DNA from: SAR86 cluster bacterium
Lineage (GTDB): Bacteria; Pseudomonadota; Gammaproteobacteria; Magnimaribacterales; D2472
DNA length: 64,000 nucleotides
Direction: 5' to 3'
Assembly: GCA_023703655.1 (NCBI GenBank)
Contig: CP097973.1
Coordinates: forward strand, 4,701 to 68,700
Shown piece by piece: positions 61,516 to 64,000 of this stretch (position 1 is the stretch's first letter; every line of letters starts with the position of its first letter). The translations under genes and the position numbers were made by a program. The notes below the pieces were generated by a model. It did no database searches. It saw nothing but the letters and a program-made list of their open reading frames with translations, and was not told the DNA's origin.

Positions 61516-63060
61516 ATGCGACATAAGATAAAAAAATCTAACAATTTTAAAAATTCAAAGCAGTATTTGAAAATGATTAATGACGCTTCGGTATATGATG
61601 TCGCAATAGTTTCCCCTATAACATTTGCTAAAAATTTATCGAGCAAATTAAAAAATGATGTGTATCTCAAACGAGAGGATTTACAACCTATATTCTCGTT
61701 TAAGAATAGAGGAGCATTCAATAAGATAAATAGCCTTTCCAAGCAACAAAAAAATAGAGGTGTTATTGCAGCGTCAGCAGGTAATCATGCTCAGGGTGTT
61801 GCTAATGCTGCAAAAAAGATAGGTATCCCATGTCTAATTGTAATGCCAATTACCACCCCTGATATTAAAGTAAGTGCTGTACGATCATTTGGTGCAAAAA
61901 TACTTCTATATGGTGATAATTATAATGAATCTTCAAAAAAAGCATCTTCAATTGCTAAACAAAAAAAAATGGAACTAATTCATGCTTTTGATGATCCCAT
62001 GACTATTGCTGGGCAAGGAACTATTGGTAAGGAAATCTTGGATGCAGAGGATAATTTGGACGCAGTTTTTGTTCCAGTAGGAGGAGGGGGCCTACTGGCT
62101 GGAGTGAGTGCATGGATTGCACAGCAAAAAAAGAAAGTAAAGATTTATGGAGTGGAGGTCGATGACTCAGCCTGTTTGACAGAAGCTATTAAAGCTAACA
62201 AGAGAGTCAAGCTTAGAGAGGTAGGCCTTTTTGCTGATGGAGTTGCAGTTGATCAAATTGGATTACACACTTTTGATGTCATTAAAGAATGCGTTGATGG
62301 TGTAATAACTGTCTCAATTGATGAGCTTTGTGCAGCTGTCAAAGACATTTTTGAGGATACAAGGATACTATCTGAGCCAGCAGGCGCACTTGCGCTAGCA
62401 GGCTTGAAAAAATATGCATCCAAAATTTCTAATAAAAAACTTTTAGCCATAAGCAGTGGCGCAAATTTAAACTTTGAAAGACTCAATTATATTGTTGAGC
62501 GTTCGGAAGTTGGTGAAAATAGAGAGAAGCTTTTAAGTATCCAAATTCCTGAAAAGCCTGGCAGTTTTCTAAAGCTTTGTAGAGTTTTTGGTAGATCGCA
62601 GATAACAGAATTTAACTACAGATTGGCTGATGCTTCATCTGCGCATGTTTTAGTTGGAATAAAAACTGATTCAGAACCTGCTTTTAAAAAATTAAAGACC
62701 CAACTTAAAAAAAATAATTTTAAAACGACTGATCTTTCAAAGAACTTTATTTCAAATGATCATCTTCGTCATATGGTAGGTGGCCATCTTAAATCCAACA
62801 ATGAAATATCTGAGAGAATCTTCAGGTGTAAATTCCCTGTTAAGCCAGGCGCATTACTGGACTTTTTAAGAGATTTTGGTTCGCAGTGGAATATTTCCCT
62901 ATTTCATTATCGTAACCTTGGCGCTGCCTTTGCAAATGTGCTTATTGGTATCCAAGATTCATCGAGCAGCAAACATTCACTAAATAAACATCTAGATTCG
63001 CTAGATTATGTATTTATAGAAGAATCAGAAAACATAGGATATAGAACGTTTTTAAAATGA
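61516..63060 (+). CDS. ilvA: Biosynthetic threonine dehydratase (two C-terminal regulatory domains)
   Basis: PLP-Lys FSFKNRGA, GGGGLLAG, and a duplicated ACT-like C-terminal region. I prefer the start at 61516 (MRHKIKK...QYLKMINDASVYDV) by alignment to the E. coli IlvA N-terminus. Confidence 0.92.
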   Translation: MRHKIKKSNNFKNSKQYLKMINDASVYDVAIVSPITFAKNLSSKLKNDVYLKREDLQPIFSFKNRGAFNKINSLSKQQKNRGVIAASAGNHAQGVANAAKKIGIPCLIVMPITTPDIKVSAVRSFGAKILLYGDNYNESSKKASSIAKQKKMELIHAFDDPMTIAGQGTIGKEILDAEDNLDAVFVPVGGGGLLAGVSAWIAQQKKKVKIYGVEVDDSACLTEAIKANKRVKLREVGLFADGVAVDQIGLHTFDVIKECVDGVITVSIDELCAAVKDIFEDTRILSEPAGALALAGLKKYASKISNKKLLAISSGANLNFERLNYIVERSEVGENREKLLSIQIPEKPGSFLKLCRVFGRSQITEFNYRLADASSAHVLVGIKTDSEPAFKKLKTQLKKNNFKTTDLSKNFISNDHLRHMVGGHLKSNNEISERIFRCKFPVKPGALLDFLRDFGSQWNISLFHYRNLGAAFANVLIGIQDSSSSKHSLNKHLDSLDYVFIEESENIGYRTFLK

Positions 63061-64000
63061 ACATTAAAGACTTTAAAATTAATGTTTCTCAGAGCGAAAT
63101 CGATGCACTTAATCTAAAAATTGATTCAACTAGGTGGCCTGATGAGGTTAATGACAAACACTGGACAATGGGAACAAGCAAGGAGTTTTTAAAGTCTGCT
63201 TTAGATTATTGGAAGAATGATTTTTCATGGTCTAAGCATGAATCAAAAATTAATGAAGTAGGCAGTTACATATTTAAGTCAAATACTGGTTTGGATATCC
63301 ATTTCTTACATAGCAAGTCAAAAGATTCAAATGCTATACCTATAATTATGACTCATGGATGGCCTGGGAGTGTACAAGAGTTTTTGAAAATTATTCCTGT
63401 CTTAAATAAGGGCATTAATGGCATTTGTTTTGATGTTATATGCCCTTCAATGCCTGGATATGGATTTTCATCGAAGCCTAAAAAAAATGGCATAAACTCA
63501 AAAGAGATTGCAAAAATCAATCATGAATTGATGCATGAACTAGGGTACAAAAAATATGTTGCACAAGGAGGGGATTGGGGTGCAACAGTAAGTAAATGGA
63601 CTGCCGATCTCTTTAAAGAGCATTGCATAGGCCTTCATTTAAACATGATTCTAGCTTTTCCACCTGAGGGGGATGATCCATATGAAGGCGTAAGTGAGGA
63701 AGAAAAAGAAGGTATGCAAAACTTTCAAAAATATCAAGAAAAAGGATCAGGATATTTTGCAATTCAAAGCACTAAACCCCAGACCGTAGCATATGGCCTG
63801 ACCGACTCACCGGCAGGCTTGGCAGGTTGGATTATTGAAAAGTTTCATGCATGGACAAACGACAATGAGAATAAATTAGTTATTCCTTTGGAAGAGGTTT
63901 TAGCAATCATCTCTTTGTATTGGTACTCTAATTCAATTGCTTCTTCAATGCGCTTATATTATGAAAATGGTCAAGCTGGCTTTTCGTTTGATTATGTTGA
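63057..64000 (+). CDS. Epoxide hydrolase (EHN N-terminal domain + alpha/beta hydrolase), 3' end beyond the window
   Basis: Not in the ORF track because no stop lies inside the window. The ATG sits in an ATGA overlap with the ilvA stop, and the hand-translated frame is open to base 64000. Motifs: STRWPDE, HGWPGS and the nucleophile motif QGGDWGA. Confidence 0.85.
   Translation, partial: MNIKDFKINVSQSEIDALNLKIDSTRWPDEVNDKHWTMGTSKEFLKSALDYWKNDFSWSKHESKINEVGSYIFKSNTGLDIHFLHSKSKDSNAIPIIMTHGWPGSVQEFLKIIPVLNKGINGICFDVICPSMPGYGFSSKPKKNGINSKEIAKINHELMHELGYKKYVAQGGDWGATVSKWTADLFKEHCIGLHLNMILAFPPEGDDPYEGVSEEEKEGMQNFQKYQEKGSGYFAIQSTKPQTVAYGLTDSPAGLAGWIIEKFHAWTNDNENKLVIPLEEVLAIISLYWYSNSIASSMRLYYENGQAGFSFDYV

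Noticed and set aside
61462-61524. Mutually overlapping long versions of the divergent rpiA (to 61524) and ilvA (from 61462) ORFs.
   Set aside because: Internal Mets at 61482 (rpiA) and 61516 (ilvA) match the N-terminal lengths of the E. coli proteins. The extensions have no conserved-looking sequence and would make two divergent genes overlap at their 5' ends.

Overview
The window is almost entirely coding (about 75 genes). It is visibly AT-rich and reads as core chromosome of a streamlined gammaproteobacterium. Gene order is classic gamma/Pseudomonas-like: gyrB-plsC, trkH-trkA-fmt-def, tsaC-hemF-aroE, a complete aa3 cytochrome oxidase plus assembly cluster, polA/engB/cyt c4/dsbA, lysA-dapF-yigA-xerC-yigB, ubiE-ubiJ-ubiB-tatABC, rsgA/orn and miaB-phoH-ybeY-corC-lnt. 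All functional calls come from motifs and remembered synteny; no database search was possible. I found no tRNA, rRNA, CRISPR array, IS element, prophage or recognisable multi-gene defence island, and I do not claim a novel multi-gene system. The best leads: (1) a promoter-to-terminator structured RNA with a C-rich loop, plus a 33-codon hydrophobic sORF, in the only large non-coding gap upstream of glutathione peroxidase (59955-60316); (2) a single-chain alpha2-type GlyRS where gammaproteobacteria normally carry glyQ-glyS; (3) a cysteine-less SCO1-like paralogue inside the cox assembly cluster; (4) a membrane-anchored pseudoazurin between cytochromes c4 and c5; (5) all ten convergent gene junctions overlap or abut, leaving no room for terminators. 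I also recovered four CDSs absent from the ORF track: three small genes (yheV-like, lptM, tatA) and the 3'-truncated epoxide hydrolase.
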